Counted from the stretch's first letter, positions 9,761 to 20,272 are shown. The stretch is DNA of 64,000 bases from an uncultured Gemmatimonadales bacterium (GCA_963701965.1 OY969695.1:3136001-3200000), one strand, 5' to 3'. Program-made: numbers and translations. The notes: generated from the sequence alone by a model not told the origin.

Positions 9761-11156
9761 AGCAGAGACCATCCGCGCGCGCGTACCCGCCGCGGAGAAT
9801 CCGTACCACGCGCTGCTCGAGGCGGCGGCGGCCAGGGCGCAACGGTACCTGGCGGACATCGGTGAGCGTTTCGTGGGCGTCGAAGCGCCGGCCCTGCAGC
9901 AGATGCGGATCCTTGGTGGTCCGCTGCCCGGCCACGGCGAAGATCCGCATGCGGTCCTTCAGTTGCTGGACGAATCGGGCTCGCCGGCGACCGTGGCGGT
10001 CATGGGCGGCCGGTTCTTCGGCGGCGTCATTGGCGGATCTCTCCCGGTGACCGTGGCCGCGCACTGGCTGGCCGACGCCTGGGACCAGAACGCGTGCCTG
10101 TTCGAGATGTCGCCCGTGTCGGCCTATCTCGAGGAGGTCGTGCTTGCTTGGATGCTGGAGCTCTTCGGTCTCCCGGCAGACTGCGGCGGGGCGTTGGTGA
10201 CGGGAACGCAGATGGCGGACGTCACCGCGCTGGCCGCGGCCCGGCATCGGGTCTTGCGCCGGCACGGGTGGGACGTGGAGCGCGATGGCTTGTTCGGGGC
10301 ACCGGGCGTCACCGTGATCGTCGGGGAAGAAGTGCATGCCACGATGCTCAAGGCGCTGTCGCTGCTGGGATTTGGGAAAGGTCGGGTGCTGACCGTGCCG
10401 GCTGATGCGCAGGGCCGCATGGACCCGACGGCTATTCCTCGTGTGTCAGGCCCGGTCATTCTCTGCGCTCAGCTGGGTAACGTGAACTCGGGCGGGTGTG
10501 ATCCGTTGGTGGAGATCTGTCGGGTGGCCCGAACCATGGACGCGTGGGTTCATGTGGACGGAGCCTTTGGGATGTGGGCCGCCGTCGCGCCCCAGCGGAA
10601 GCAACTGGTCGCGGGCTTGGAGTTGGCGGACTCGTGGGCAACGGATGGGCACAAGTGGGTGAACACGCCGCAGGATTGCGGGATGGTGTTCGTTCGCGAT
10701 CGGGAGGCGCTCCGGGAGGCGATGGCGATCTCCGGCGCGTACTACGGGACGACCGCGCGCCGTGACCCGATGCGCTGGTGCCCCGACTCATCGCGCCGCG
10801 CGCGGGCCGTCGAAGTGTGGGCGGCGCTTCGCACCCTCGGTCGCGATGGGCTCGCGGCCCAGATCGAGCGTACGTGTCAGCATGCCGAGCGATTTGCCAC
10901 CGGCTTGCGGGAGGCAGGGTACGAGATCTTGAATGATGTCGTCCTCAATCAAGTATTGGTGGCGTTCGCCTCGGATGCCGCCACCGAACGGGTCATTGAG
11001 GGCGTGCAAGCGGATGGGACCTGTTGGTGCGGTGGCACGGTGTGGAAGGGACGGAAGGCGATGCGGATCAGCGTCTCCTCGTGGGCGACGACGGACGATG
11101 ACGTGAGGCGCAGTCTGGACGCCATGTGCCGCATCGCGGCCCGCGTCGGGAGGTAG
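9750..11156 (+). CDS. Group II PLP-dependent (aromatic amino acid/Glu/Asp family) decarboxylase
   Basis: RFFGGVIGG, WDQNA, WVHVDGAFG, DSWATDGHKW (PLP lysine), RISVSSWATT. Confidence 0.9.
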   Translation: MGIRAETIRARVPAAENPYHALLEAAAARAQRYLADIGERFVGVEAPALQQMRILGGPLPGHGEDPHAVLQLLDESGSPATVAVMGGRFFGGVIGGSLPVTVAAHWLADAWDQNACLFEMSPVSAYLEEVVLAWMLELFGLPADCGGALVTGTQMADVTALAAARHRVLRRHGWDVERDGLFGAPGVTVIVGEEVHATMLKALSLLGFGKGRVLTVPADAQGRMDPTAIPRVSGPVILCAQLGNVNSGGCDPLVEICRVARTMDAWVHVDGAFGMWAAVAPQRKQLVAGLELADSWATDGHKWVNTPQDCGMVFVRDREALREAMAISGAYYGTTARRDPMRWCPDSSRRARAVEVWAALRTLGRDGLAAQIERTCQHAERFATGLREAGYEILNDVVLNQVLVAFASDAATERVIEGVQADGTCWCGGTVWKGRKAMRISVSSWATTDDDVRRSLDAMCRIAARVGR

Positions 11157-11767
11157 CCGCGACGCGAGCCGCACTCTCCAGGGATGTCGAGCGCGCCGGC
11201 TCGCAGTTTTTCGGCGGCCGGGTGTGCCTCGATTTTGCCAACACGGTCGATTGGCGCACCTCTCTCGAGCCGGTGGAGTTGATTCCGGATTATCCCTCCT
11301 TCGTCGCCTGGTCGGTCCGCAGGCACATTCTCTCGGCGCGGGCTGCTGGCCGACTGCTGGTGCGGTCGAGTAGGGGCGCCGAGGCGGCCGCGGCAATGGA
11401 TGACGCGCGGGCGCTGCGCGAGCAGATCTGGCGGATCGCGGAACGGCTGCTCGATGGCCGCGCGTTCAGTGTGACAGGGCTCAACCGCATGCTCAAAGAC
11501 CTGCCTCCGCAGCCACAGCTCGTCCTGGGTCGCGGCACCGTACGGTACGAGTTGCCTGGGGAAGAGCTGCGAGAGCCGCTCAGGCCGGTGCTGTGGTCGT
11601 TGACCAGTGTATTGACATCGGTGGATGCCAAGCGGCTCGGGCTCTGTGGGGCCAATGGGTGCGGGTGGTTTTTCGTGGACGAGAGCCCGAACCAGTCGAG
11701 GCGGTGGTGCTCGAGCGAGACTTGCGGCAATCGGGAGCGGGTACGACGCGCGTATGCCAGGAAATGA
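11126..11767 (+). CDS. ABATE/CGNR zinc-finger regulator (true start probably slightly downstream)
   Basis: CLDFANT at the N-terminus and CGANGCGWFFVDESPNQSRRWCSSETCGNRERV at the C-terminus. Confidence 0.9.
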   Translation: MPHRGPRREVAATRAALSRDVERAGSQFFGGRVCLDFANTVDWRTSLEPVELIPDYPSFVAWSVRRHILSARAAGRLLVRSSRGAEAAAAMDDARALREQIWRIAERLLDGRAFSVTGLNRMLKDLPPQPQLVLGRGTVRYELPGEELREPLRPVLWSLTSVLTSVDAKRLGLCGANGCGWFFVDESPNQSRRWCSSETCGNRERVRRAYARK

Positions 11768-11791
11768 AGACCGCGCGCTGTCCCTCTGTTC

Positions 11792-12412
11792 TCAGCGAAA
11801 CGGTTGCCCCCCGTGTCGATCGTCGAGCACGAAATGACTCCGCGCGGGCATTTCGACCTTGGGCAGCGTCGTTGCGTCCATGACCGCCGTCCGCGGGATG
11901 ATCTGACTCTCGGCCAGGATGTAAGCGACGAGCGCGTACGTCTCGTTGGGCGTCAGCGATCCTGGCGCGGAAAGCGGCATGCTGCGGTGCACGTAATCGT
12001 ACAGCGTCGTCGCGTACGGCCAATAGTTGCCGACGGTCTTCGGAATCCTGACATCGAGACCGAATCGGAAGTCGGCTTCCGCCGGCGCGCCTAGGAGCCG
12101 CGGATACGTGCCAACTCCCTCCCCATTCCTGCCATGGCAGACCGCGCACTTGGCCGCATACACCGTCGCACCCTCGGTGTACGTGCCCTGACCGGCCGGC
12201 AATCCGGCGCCGGCGGGATTCGCGTCGATATCGATGGGTGTGATGTCGGCCGCCGTCGCCGCGCGTCCGAGCGCGAAGCGTGAGGGCAAGCCTGGCGCTC
12301 GCGCCGCCGGTGGCAACCCCGCCGACCGATCGGTCGGCTCGGCACCGCGGCAGCCCATCAGCACGAGCAGCGCGAGCGTGATACGCACGGTGTCAATTCT
12401 CGAAGAAGACAT
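11792..12412 (-). CDS. soxD: SoxD-like c-type cytochrome lipoprotein
   Basis: Lipobox-like LMGC, CAVCH haem motif, KTVGNYWPYATTLYDYVHRSMP. Overlaps the soxC stop. Confidence 0.8.
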   Translation of the reverse strand: MSSSRIDTVRITLALLVLMGCRGAEPTDRSAGLPPAARAPGLPSRFALGRAATAADITPIDIDANPAGAGLPAGQGTYTEGATVYAAKCAVCHGRNGEGVGTYPRLLGAPAEADFRFGLDVRIPKTVGNYWPYATTLYDYVHRSMPLSAPGSLTPNETYALVAYILAESQIIPRTAVMDATTLPKVEMPARSHFVLDDRHGGQPFR

Positions 12413-13661
12413 GTCCGTCCGCCTCGACCCGCCACGTGTGAATCGCGTTGAAGTGATAGTCTGTGCCAGCGCCTCGCACGCGGCGGAACGTCGACAACGT
12501 GGGCTGCACGTACCCCGTCTCATCGATCGCGCGACTCATGAGTCGTGCGGGGCGGCCATCCCACTCCCACATGTGACGAAAGCGTGTGTGCGCCATTGGC
12601 AGGACGGCCCCGACGAGCTCCGCTTCCGTCCAGGTACGAGCGCCGTCCGTGCTCACGTCGACGCGCGTGATTTTCCCGCGCCCGGACCAGGCGATTCCGC
12701 TGACGGGCCACCATCGACGACTGCCGAGCTGCATGGGGTAGGTGGGTGACGTGATGATCGACTTCGCATCCATCACGAAGCTGAACTGGCGCGCGGTGCC
12801 ATCCGGGAGCGGGTCCGTGTACTTCGACGTCTCATCGCGCGACATGTTCGGCTGATCGATCGCCTTCAGGCGCCGAATCCACTTGATATTCATGTTTCCC
12901 TCGTAGCCGGGCAACAGGAGGCGTGCCGGGTATCCGTTCGCGATGCGCACGGGCTCGCCGTTCTGCGCGTAGGCGATCATGGCGTCGTCCAGCATCTTCG
13001 CCATGGGGATGCTGCGCGAGAGGCGCGAGGCATCACCCCCTTCGGCCAGCATCCAGGGCGCGCCCCTGACGCCGACCTCTTGTAGCAGCATCGCGACGGG
13101 AACGCCGGTCCACTCCGAGTTACTCGTGAGTCCGTCCACGTCCTGCGGCGTCATCGTGGGTTTGGGCGTGCGGTACGCCGAGCGTCCGTTCCCCGAGCAT
13201 TCGACGAAACACGTGCGGGTCACGGACGGGAACCGCTTCAAGTCGTCGAGTGAGAGCACGAGCGGCCGCTCGACCATGCCATGAATGGTCAGGGTGTAGC
13301 GGCGCGGGTCGATGACCGCGATGCCATTATGGTGGCGCTGAAAATGGAGATCGGATGGGGTGATCGTGCCCATCAGATCCTGGAGCGGCGCGTTCGACGA
13401 GCCGGTCGTCACGCCAACCGGTGCGAGAGTGGGGTTTTCGAACGGCGATCGGAGACCTTGCGGACTGGAAGGGAGTCCGGGGATCGTCGACGCGTCCGCC
13501 GGTGCCGTCGGAGCGGGAGGTGACGCGACAGTGGAACTCGAGACCTGTTGCGCCAGCGTCTCTGCCGTGTCGCCGAGCAGAGCTCCTCCCATCAAGCCAG
13601 CAGCAACGCCTAGTGCCCGCCGGCGATCTATTGGGCCGCCGCCATTGCCGAACGCTGTCAT
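12393..13661 (-). CDS. soxC: Sulfite/sulfane dehydrogenase molybdopterin subunit, Tat-exported
   Basis: IDRRRALG Tat signal, ITPSDLHFQRHHNG, FVECSGN (Mo-ligand Cys), GYPARLLLPGYEGNMNIKW, SRAIDETGYVQP. GAGG RBS. Confidence 0.9.
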   Translation of the reverse strand: MTAFGNGGGPIDRRRALGVAAGLMGGALLGDTAETLAQQVSSSTVASPPAPTAPADASTIPGLPSSPQGLRSPFENPTLAPVGVTTGSSNAPLQDLMGTITPSDLHFQRHHNGIAVIDPRRYTLTIHGMVERPLVLSLDDLKRFPSVTRTCFVECSGNGRSAYRTPKPTMTPQDVDGLTSNSEWTGVPVAMLLQEVGVRGAPWMLAEGGDASRLSRSIPMAKMLDDAMIAYAQNGEPVRIANGYPARLLLPGYEGNMNIKWIRRLKAIDQPNMSRDETSKYTDPLPDGTARQFSFVMDAKSIITSPTYPMQLGSRRWWPVSGIAWSGRGKITRVDVSTDGARTWTEAELVGAVLPMAHTRFRHMWEWDGRPARLMSRAIDETGYVQPTLSTFRRVRGAGTDYHFNAIHTWRVEADGHVFFEN

Positions 13662-13812
13662 ATCGTCCTCCGTTCGCACTGAGCTCCCTCGAGTGACTCG
13701 CCCATCGAGCCGCCTGTGCATTATGGTGCACAAATAGGACAATATGGGAGACCTCGTGCTTCGGCTATCCTCTGCCTTCAAACCCTGCGGCCCCCCGCAC
13801 GGTCCAAAGGAT

Positions 13813-16264
13813 ATGGAAGCCGCCATCCAGGAACTCCGATACGCCGCGCGCCGACTGGTGCGCACCCCCGCGTTCACACTGATCGCGCTCGCCACCGTGT
13901 CGCTCGCGATCGGCGCCAGCACCGCGGCGTTCAGCCTTGTGAACGGCGTGCTCCTCGAGCCCCTTGGCTTCGAGCGACCGAACCGACTCTTGTACCTGCA
14001 TGGGACGGATTCCCGCCAAGCGGCGCAGATGCTCTCGCCGCAGGATCTGATGGACTTCCGGAACCAAACGCACAGCTTCACAGCGGTCGTCGCGATCCAA
14101 AGTCCGCTGAGTCTCAACCTGCTTCGCACCCAAGGTCCCGCGCTCCGCGTCAACGCGGCTCGGGTGGGCGCCGACTTTTTTTCTACGCTGGGTACCCGCG
14201 CACAGGTCGGGCGAACGTTTGCGCCGGGCGAAGACGCGAGAACGGCGCCCAAGGTCGTCGTTCTGTCCGACGGCGCATGGAAACGCTATTTCTCGGCGAA
14301 TCCCAACATCGCGGGGACGCAGATTACGCTCGACGGCGACCCCTACGTCGTGGTTGGCGTGGCGCCTCCCCGGTTCACCTTCCCCGACAACGTCGAGCTC
14401 TGGTACCCCGCGGTCTGGGAACCCTGGGAGATCGGCGATATCGGCCGCGGCAATCATTCCGAAGCGGCGATCGCGCGGTTACGCAATGGCGTCACGCTCG
14501 CTAGCGCCCAGCGCGATCTGAGCACGGTCGCGAGTCGCATCGCCCAGGCGTTTCCGAAGGACGACGCGGGGATCGGCGTGGCGGCGGTTCCGCTGCGGCA
14601 ACAGATCGTGGGTGAGGTCGAGGCGCCGCTCTGGGCGATGCTGGGCGCAGTCATGTTCGTGCTCTTGATCGCCTGCGCCAACGTCGCGAACCTGTTGCTC
14701 GTTCGGGCGGCGTCACGGGTGTCCGAAGTGGCGGTGCGAACCGCCCTCGGCGCGGGGCGCCGGCAGATCGTCGCGCCATCACTGGCCGAGAGCGCGCTCA
14801 TCGTCTTGGGAGGAGCGGTGATCGGTACAGTGATCGCCGTGCTCGTGGTGCATGTGCTGGCGGGAGGCGGGATGGTTTCCCTGCCGCGCATGCAGGATGT
14901 CAGCGTCGATGGGCGCGTGCTCGCATTCTCGGCGGCGCTTGCCGTCGCCACCGCTCTTGCCGTCGGCCTCGTGCCGGCGCTCCAAGTTTCCCGCTGGGAC
15001 CTGTCGCCCTTGCTCCGCTCGGGGAGATTCGGAGGGGCCTCGGGAAGCACCCGCACTCGATCCGTTCTCGTCATGACGGAGCTCGCGCTGGGCACGGTGT
15101 TGCTCGTGGGAGCCGGCCTCCTGATCCGCAGCTTCCAGCGGCTTACTCACGTCGATCCGGGCTTCAGGGCAGATCATTCTCGTGGTGTTCGACGTCGCAC
15201 TGGCGACAAAAAAATACACATCCGACGCGCCGAAGATCGACTTCGCCGATCGTGTGCAAGCAGGGCTCGCGGCGTTGCCAGGTGTGCAGAGCGTGGCTGT
15301 GGCGGCCAACCGCCCGTTCGACCAGGAACAGTTTGGCCCTTCCACGTTGTTCATGGTCGATGGCGCACCGCCACCCATGCCGGGCGCGGAGCCAAAGTCC
15401 CGCCTCCATCCCGTCTCCCCCGCGTTCTTTCGCACCATAGGGATGACGCTGCTGCGCGGGCGCAGCTTTACGGAGGACGAGAACCGGTGGGACGCGGCCC
15501 CGGTGATCGTCATCAACCAAGCCCTGGCCGACCGATACTTCCCGGGGGAGGACCCGATCGGGAAGCACCTGACGTTCGCCTTTTGGCACGGTGGCTCCAC
15601 CGTGCCAGGAGACAGTGCGGTGCATCCGTACGGTGAGATCGTCGGTATCGTGCGCAATGCCTCTTACGGCTCGCTCAAGAGCAAACCCGAGCCCGCGACA
15701 TTCCTGCCGTACCGCCGGTTCCCGCTGGAAGCGACCTTTCTCCTTCGCACGGCGCTCCGACCCGCGGCACTGGAGCCAGAGATCCGGCGCGTCGTCGCAT
15801 TGGTCGATCCGTACGTGCCGACGTATGAACTGGGGAGCATGAACGCGGCGGTGGCCGAATCGGTGTCGCAGTCACGCTTCTACACGCTCTTGCTGACCGC
15901 GTTTGCCGCTATCGCGCTGCTGCTGGCCACGCTGGGCGTGTACGGGGTGGTGTCGTATGCGGTGAGTCAGCAGATGCGGGACTTCGGGATTCGCATCGCG
16001 CTCGGCGCGGCCTCGCGTGATGTCGTGAACCTCGTGCTCGGACGTGGGGCCTTGCTGATCCTGCCCGGCATCGCCTCGGGCCTTGTGGGCGCCCTGTTCC
16101 TCACGCGCGCGATCCACGGTCTGTTGTTCGGCATCGAGCCACTGGATCCGCCAACTCTCGTGCTGGTGTGCCTCGTGTTCGCCACCGTCGGGGCGATCGC
16201 GTGTTGGCTCCCCGCCCGTCGAGCGGCGCGGGTGGACCCGATTATCGCGATGCGCTCGGAGTGA
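13813..16264 (+). CDS. ADOP-family duplicated ABC permease (single extra T at ~15177)
   Basis: [42 protein letters not shown] junction, PARRAARVDPIIAMRSE. Confidence 0.88.
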
Positions 16265-17366
16265 GCGGTCGCGCGAGCGTTTCGATGATCGCGATCGATG
16301 CCGGCGCCAGTGGCGTGATCTCCGGGTCGTTCGGGTGCGCTCGCGCGATGCGAATGTACTCCATCACGAAATCCGCCGGCGGTGCGCCCACGAGCGCCCG
16401 CAGCCGGTCTCGCCCGGCGTATCGATCGATGACTTTCGACATCCGGTACCCCACATAGTACCCCGTCTGGTCCCACGACCCCGCGAATCCCAGCTTGAGC
16501 AGTGTGCCAAGCGGCGCATCAGGGTCGTGTGCCGAACGAAACAGGATCGTGTCGAAGAGCGCGAAGATGTCACCCGCGCGACCCAGCTCGCGTTGAAGCT
16601 CCGCCTGATCTCGCGCCATGCGCGGTCCGGTCGATTGATACATCGATGGGTCGCCGACATAGCTCGCCATCCCTTCGATGACCAGGTTGAGCAGAATCGC
16701 ACGCGCGCGATGCCGTTCACGCGCATCGACGGCAAGCGTCGGCTGGTCGGTCATTTGGGCGCCGATGTCGGGCTGCGCCAGCTCCTGCACGACGTGAAAG
16801 AGCTCATGGCTGGCGCTGTTGGTCATGCTCTCGACCTCTTCCCGATGGAAACCCAGGTCCAGGTAGAAGTCGGCGTGATTGCCCTCGGGAACCCAGCCAT
16901 TCTGGTGCGTCGCGCCAACCAGAACGTGGAGCGTCGTCTGCACGTTCATGCCGTCCGGAGTAAAGGACCGCAGCCGATCGCCTAGACGCTGGGCGATGAC
17001 CGCACTGTCGGTCGTCAAGCGCGCCAGCATGCGCCGTGTCGATGACGGATCGGCGCGCAATCGCGCCAGATCGAAGGGAGCGCCATCCCCGCCACGGGAC
17101 AAGCGCAACACGGCCGTCTTGAACGCCGCCGGCGTGACCGTCGAGTCGTACTTGGCCATCTTGGCGATCATCGCGCGCACCGCGTCGTTCCGGAGCGCCG
17201 CATCGGCGGCGGCGGCGGCTTGGACCGTGTCGGCCAGAGCGGCGGCCAGCACGGCGTTCGCGCCACTCACGTCGAGGATCACGCTGAAGGTGGCGGGCCG
17301 AGGCGCCGACGGCGCCTGGCTACACACGAGAGTGGCGCCCAGCACCAGCAGGGATGTCAGGCTCAT
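16242..17366 (-). CDS. Exported putative Zn-dependent protease (HExxH, DUF5700/DUF2268-like)
   Basis: Signal peptide MSLTSLLVLGATLVCSQA, SHELFH, IEGMASY, GYYVGYRM. Confidence 0.75.
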   Translation of the reverse strand: MSLTSLLVLGATLVCSQAPSAPRPATFSVILDVSGANAVLAAALADTVQAAAAADAALRNDAVRAMIAKMAKYDSTVTPAAFKTAVLRLSRGGDGAPFDLARLRADPSSTRRMLARLTTDSAVIAQRLGDRLRSFTPDGMNVQTTLHVLVGATHQNGWVPEGNHADFYLDLGFHREEVESMTNSASHELFHVVQELAQPDIGAQMTDQPTLAVDARERHRARAILLNLVIEGMASYVGDPSMYQSTGPRMARDQAELQRELGRAGDIFALFDTILFRSAHDPDAPLGTLLKLGFAGSWDQTGYYVGYRMSKVIDRYAGRDRLRALVGAPPADFVMEYIRIARAHPNDPEITPLAPASIAIIETLARPLTPSASR

Positions 17367-17377
17367 GAAAACGCAGG

Positions 17378-17813
17378 CTAATGTGGCATAGACCGTCGCG
17401 TCAGTACCCGGCCAAAATGCCCGCTCGTGTTCTCGTGTCGCGCGGACTGCCGGAACTGGCCGGGACTGGTGCCCACCTGACGTCCGAACACGCGGCAAAA
17501 GTGACTTTGGTCGAAAAAGCCGGCTTCCTGGGCGATCGCATCGAGCGATGACGTCGATTGCTGGAGCTGGACCATCGCCCATTCCACGCGCAGGCGTCGC
17601 TGGAACTCGCCGACGCTGCACGCCATCCTGGCGCGGAACACCCGCCACGTGCGCCGGGTGGACGCCCGCACTCGCGGCGAGATCGGACACGGTGAGTGGC
17701 TGGCGACACTCGTCGCGCAGACGGGTTACGATGGCGAAGCTCAGAGCCCAGGCTCCGTAATCCCTCGAACGCGGCACCGCCTCAGGTGCTCCCCGGCCCG
17801 TGGTGAAATCCAT
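17378..17813 (-). pseudogene. AraC-family HTH regulator fragment, frameshifted at ~17642
   Basis: LTVSDLAASAGVHPAHVA|RVFR...IAQEAGFFDQSHFCRVFGRQVGTSPGQFR split over two frames. No N-terminal sensor domain. Confidence 0.7.
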
Positions 17814-17932
17814 CAAGAAGCCGGACGGGCCCGCTGGCGGACGGTCTGAACGCCGCAACGCAGTACGTCGCGGTCCAATCTGTGCGCGTCCCCACATACA
17901 CGTGCGCGACGCATGCCTCAACAGAGGAGCAG

Positions 17933-18439
17933 ATGATGATCACCGTGAAATCGCTCGGCCTCACCGACGCGAACCTCGTGATTCAGGCGGGGATCGCCCG
18001 TGCCAACAAGATCGGCTCGCCGAGCACGATCGCCGTGGTCGATGTTGGGGGCACCGTCGTGGCGCAGGCCCGGATGGACGGCGCGTCGCTCTCGAGCGTC
18101 GCGCTGGCGTACGACAAAGCGTATACCAGCCTCTCGTGTCGGCTGCCGACGAGCACGATTACCAAGATCGCCCGGATCGACGCGGTCTCTCCCAAGTTTT
18201 ACTCAATGTGCTCGGGTGGTTCGGGCTTCAAGCGGGTGGGGTTGGGGATGAGAAAAAGCGCTGGTGGTGCTACTACTGGCGTGAGCTACCTCGTGACGTT
18301 GACCGACGTCACGGTAACCAGCATCACGCACAACTCGAACGGGACGGACGTGATTGTATTGAGCTTTGGCGAAATGACATCCAACGTGCCGGCCTCGGTT
18401 GCACTCTCAATGGCTAGCGCGACCGCTATGATCCGATGA
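17933..18439 (+). CDS. Chimeric protein: N-half of GlcG/HbpS haem-binding domain fused to C-half of an Hcp-like tube domain
   Basis: AGAGGAG RBS. IAVVDVGGTVVAQARMDGA...KAYTS (GlcG) is followed by TITK..DAVSPKFYSMC..G..RKSAG..YLVTLTDVTVTSI..LSF (Hcp). Confidence 0.7.
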   Translation: MMITVKSLGLTDANLVIQAGIARANKIGSPSTIAVVDVGGTVVAQARMDGASLSSVALAYDKAYTSLSCRLPTSTITKIARIDAVSPKFYSMCSGGSGFKRVGLGMRKSAGGATTGVSYLVTLTDVTVTSITHNSNGTDVIVLSFGEMTSNVPASVALSMASATAMIR

Positions 18440-19337
18440 ACGGTCGTACGGCGGCTATCAAAGCCGCCGGTTGCTCCTCGATGATCCAGTGTCCAGCATC
18501 GGGAATGACGGCGCTCTGGACACTCGTGAACGCTTCGCTCGCCACCACCGGCATCACCGTGCCATAGGAATGGTCGCCGCCGATCGCCAACACCGGCATC
18601 GGGAGCTTCCCCTTGGCGGCCAGCGCAGCCCGGTTGTCCTCCGCATCGTGCGGGAACGCCTTGAAGTTCTCGAAAGCATCATGCATGGCATTCGGCCGCG
18701 CGTAGATCGCCGCATAGTGCTGGCGGATGCCCTCGTTGATGCCGGAAGGGTTCGCCGACAGCTCGTTATAGAACCGATCGAGATAGATGCGCTCCCGGCC
18801 GGCGACCAGGCGCTCCTCGTCCTTTCCATAGAAGTAGAAGTGCCACGCCTTGACCGCGTGCGCGTACTCGTCCCACTTCCCGACGCCGGGAAGCGGCGCG
18901 TCGATGAGCACGAGTCGTGACATGCGCGGCGTGTGCCAGAGCGCGAACGCAAACGCGACCATGTTGCCAATATCATGCGCCACGAATTCGGCGCGATCGA
19001 CCTTGAGGGAGTCGAGCACACCGGCGATGTCCTGCGCCTGGTTCTTCTTGTCATACCCGCTCGCCGGATGGGACGAGAGGCCGAACCCGCGGAGATCGGG
19101 GACGATCACCATATGATCGCGCGCCAGATCGACGGCGAGGGGCTCCCACATGTCCCCGGTGTCACCAAACCCGTGCAACAGCACGACGGCCGGACCTTTC
19201 CCGCCATACCGGACATGAAGGACGGCGCCATTCGTGGCGATATCGCGAACACGAAACGACGTCGGAAACGGCGTGACTTGCGCGCGCGCCGCCGAGGCGG
19301 CGATCGCGACGACCGGGAGCCAACGGAGAAGAGACAT
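18426..19337 (-). CDS. Exported alpha/beta hydrolase (epoxide hydrolase/dehalogenase-like)
   Basis: LLHGF, PDLRGFG, AHDIG (Asp nucleophile), AGHWIIEEQP; signal peptide. Confidence 0.9.
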   Translation of the reverse strand: MSLLRWLPVVAIAASAARAQVTPFPTSFRVRDIATNGAVLHVRYGGKGPAVVLLHGFGDTGDMWEPLAVDLARDHMVIVPDLRGFGLSSHPASGYDKKNQAQDIAGVLDSLKVDRAEFVAHDIGNMVAFAFALWHTPRMSRLVLIDAPLPGVGKWDEYAHAVKAWHFYFYGKDEERLVAGRERIYLDRFYNELSANPSGINEGIRQHYAAIYARPNAMHDAFENFKAFPHDAEDNRAALAAKGKLPMPVLAIGGDHSYGTVMPVVASEAFTSVQSAVIPDAGHWIIEEQPAALIAAVRPFIGS

Positions 19338-19354
19338 GCCGGTAACATAGCGAA

Positions 19355-19700
19355 CTATCGGCTCAGAGAATCAAGCACGGCCAGGAGACGTTTCCACGGC
19401 GTGGCGGCGACGTGCATGCCCATGAACGTCTCGGGTTCGATCTGTTCGCGCTGGACGGCGGCCACGGCTTCCATCGCGGTCGCGGGGAATGAGAGGCCGG
19501 TGGGATAGAGCTGGATGGCCTCGGCGGTGTAGACGAGGCGCCGGCCGGGGAGGTAGACCATGAGCATCCGATCCAGCTGATCGGTGTGCAGGGGCATGAG
19601 GTCAATGCGGTTGTCGCCCGTGCCGATCGACACGTGAGCCTTCACGGAATGGATGATCGGCGCGCGCGGTGCGCGAGCCAGGCTATCGCGCACCATTGTG
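19355..19700 (-). pseudogene. C-terminal fragment of an MBL-fold hydrolase-like protein
   Basis: APHT..D.L, MLMVYLPGRRLVYTAE and terminal GMH resemble MBL-fold C-termini. No credible start. Confidence 0.5.
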
Positions 19701-19749
19701 TGCGGTGCGCGCAGGCGGTCTTGCAACACGCGGACGTTGCGATCTAGGA

Positions 19750-20214
19750 TATGATGCGCGGTTCGCCGAGTCGTTGGCGAAGGCCAAGGCCGCCGTGCGC
19801 GGTCGAGCGAGTGGCGCGGGTACCGACTGGCCGACCCGATTGCTGGCCAATGCGGAGCACCGCCCGCCTGCCACGCCCAAGGTGGCCCGACTTCTGGTCA
19901 AGAGTGGCGGCCGTGTGCTCTTTGTCCGGGTCGACGACATCGATTGGATCGAGGCGGCCGACTATTACGTCAAGCTTCACGTGGGCAGCACGACCCACAT
20001 GTTGCGCGAATCCATGTCCGCGCTCGAATCCACCCTCGACCCGGCCATCTTCTTCCGCATCCATCGCTCGGCGATCGTCAACCTCGATCGGATCCAGGAG
20101 TTGCGGGACTACTCGCGGCGCGAGGATATCCTCGTGCTCCGCGATGGGACCCGATTGCGCCTGACCCGCGGCCGGCGTGCCAAGCTGACCGAACGCTTGG
20201 GGTACAGGCGGTAG
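19750..20214 (+). pseudogene. LytTR response regulator lacking the receiver domain
   Basis: IDWIEAADYYVKLH, LRESMSALE, FFRIHRSAIVNL. The upstream part retains only the receiver tail (YDARF..LAKA). Confidence 0.75.
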
Positions 20215-20272
20215 ACCAGCGCAGTTGAGGGTTGATTCGTATACTTTGGCCCTACCCTAGCGGAGGCCTCTC

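Noticed and set aside
9078..11156. 692-aa ORF looking like an outer-membrane barrel fused to a decarboxylase
   Set aside because: The barrel's proper C-terminus is in another frame ending at 9690. A frameshift at ~9620 creates the read-through, and the linker is not protein-like.
16242..17921. 559-aa ORF looking like an AraC-protease fusion
   Set aside because: A frameshift in the AraC remnant places it in the protease frame; the protease has its own signal peptide at 17366.
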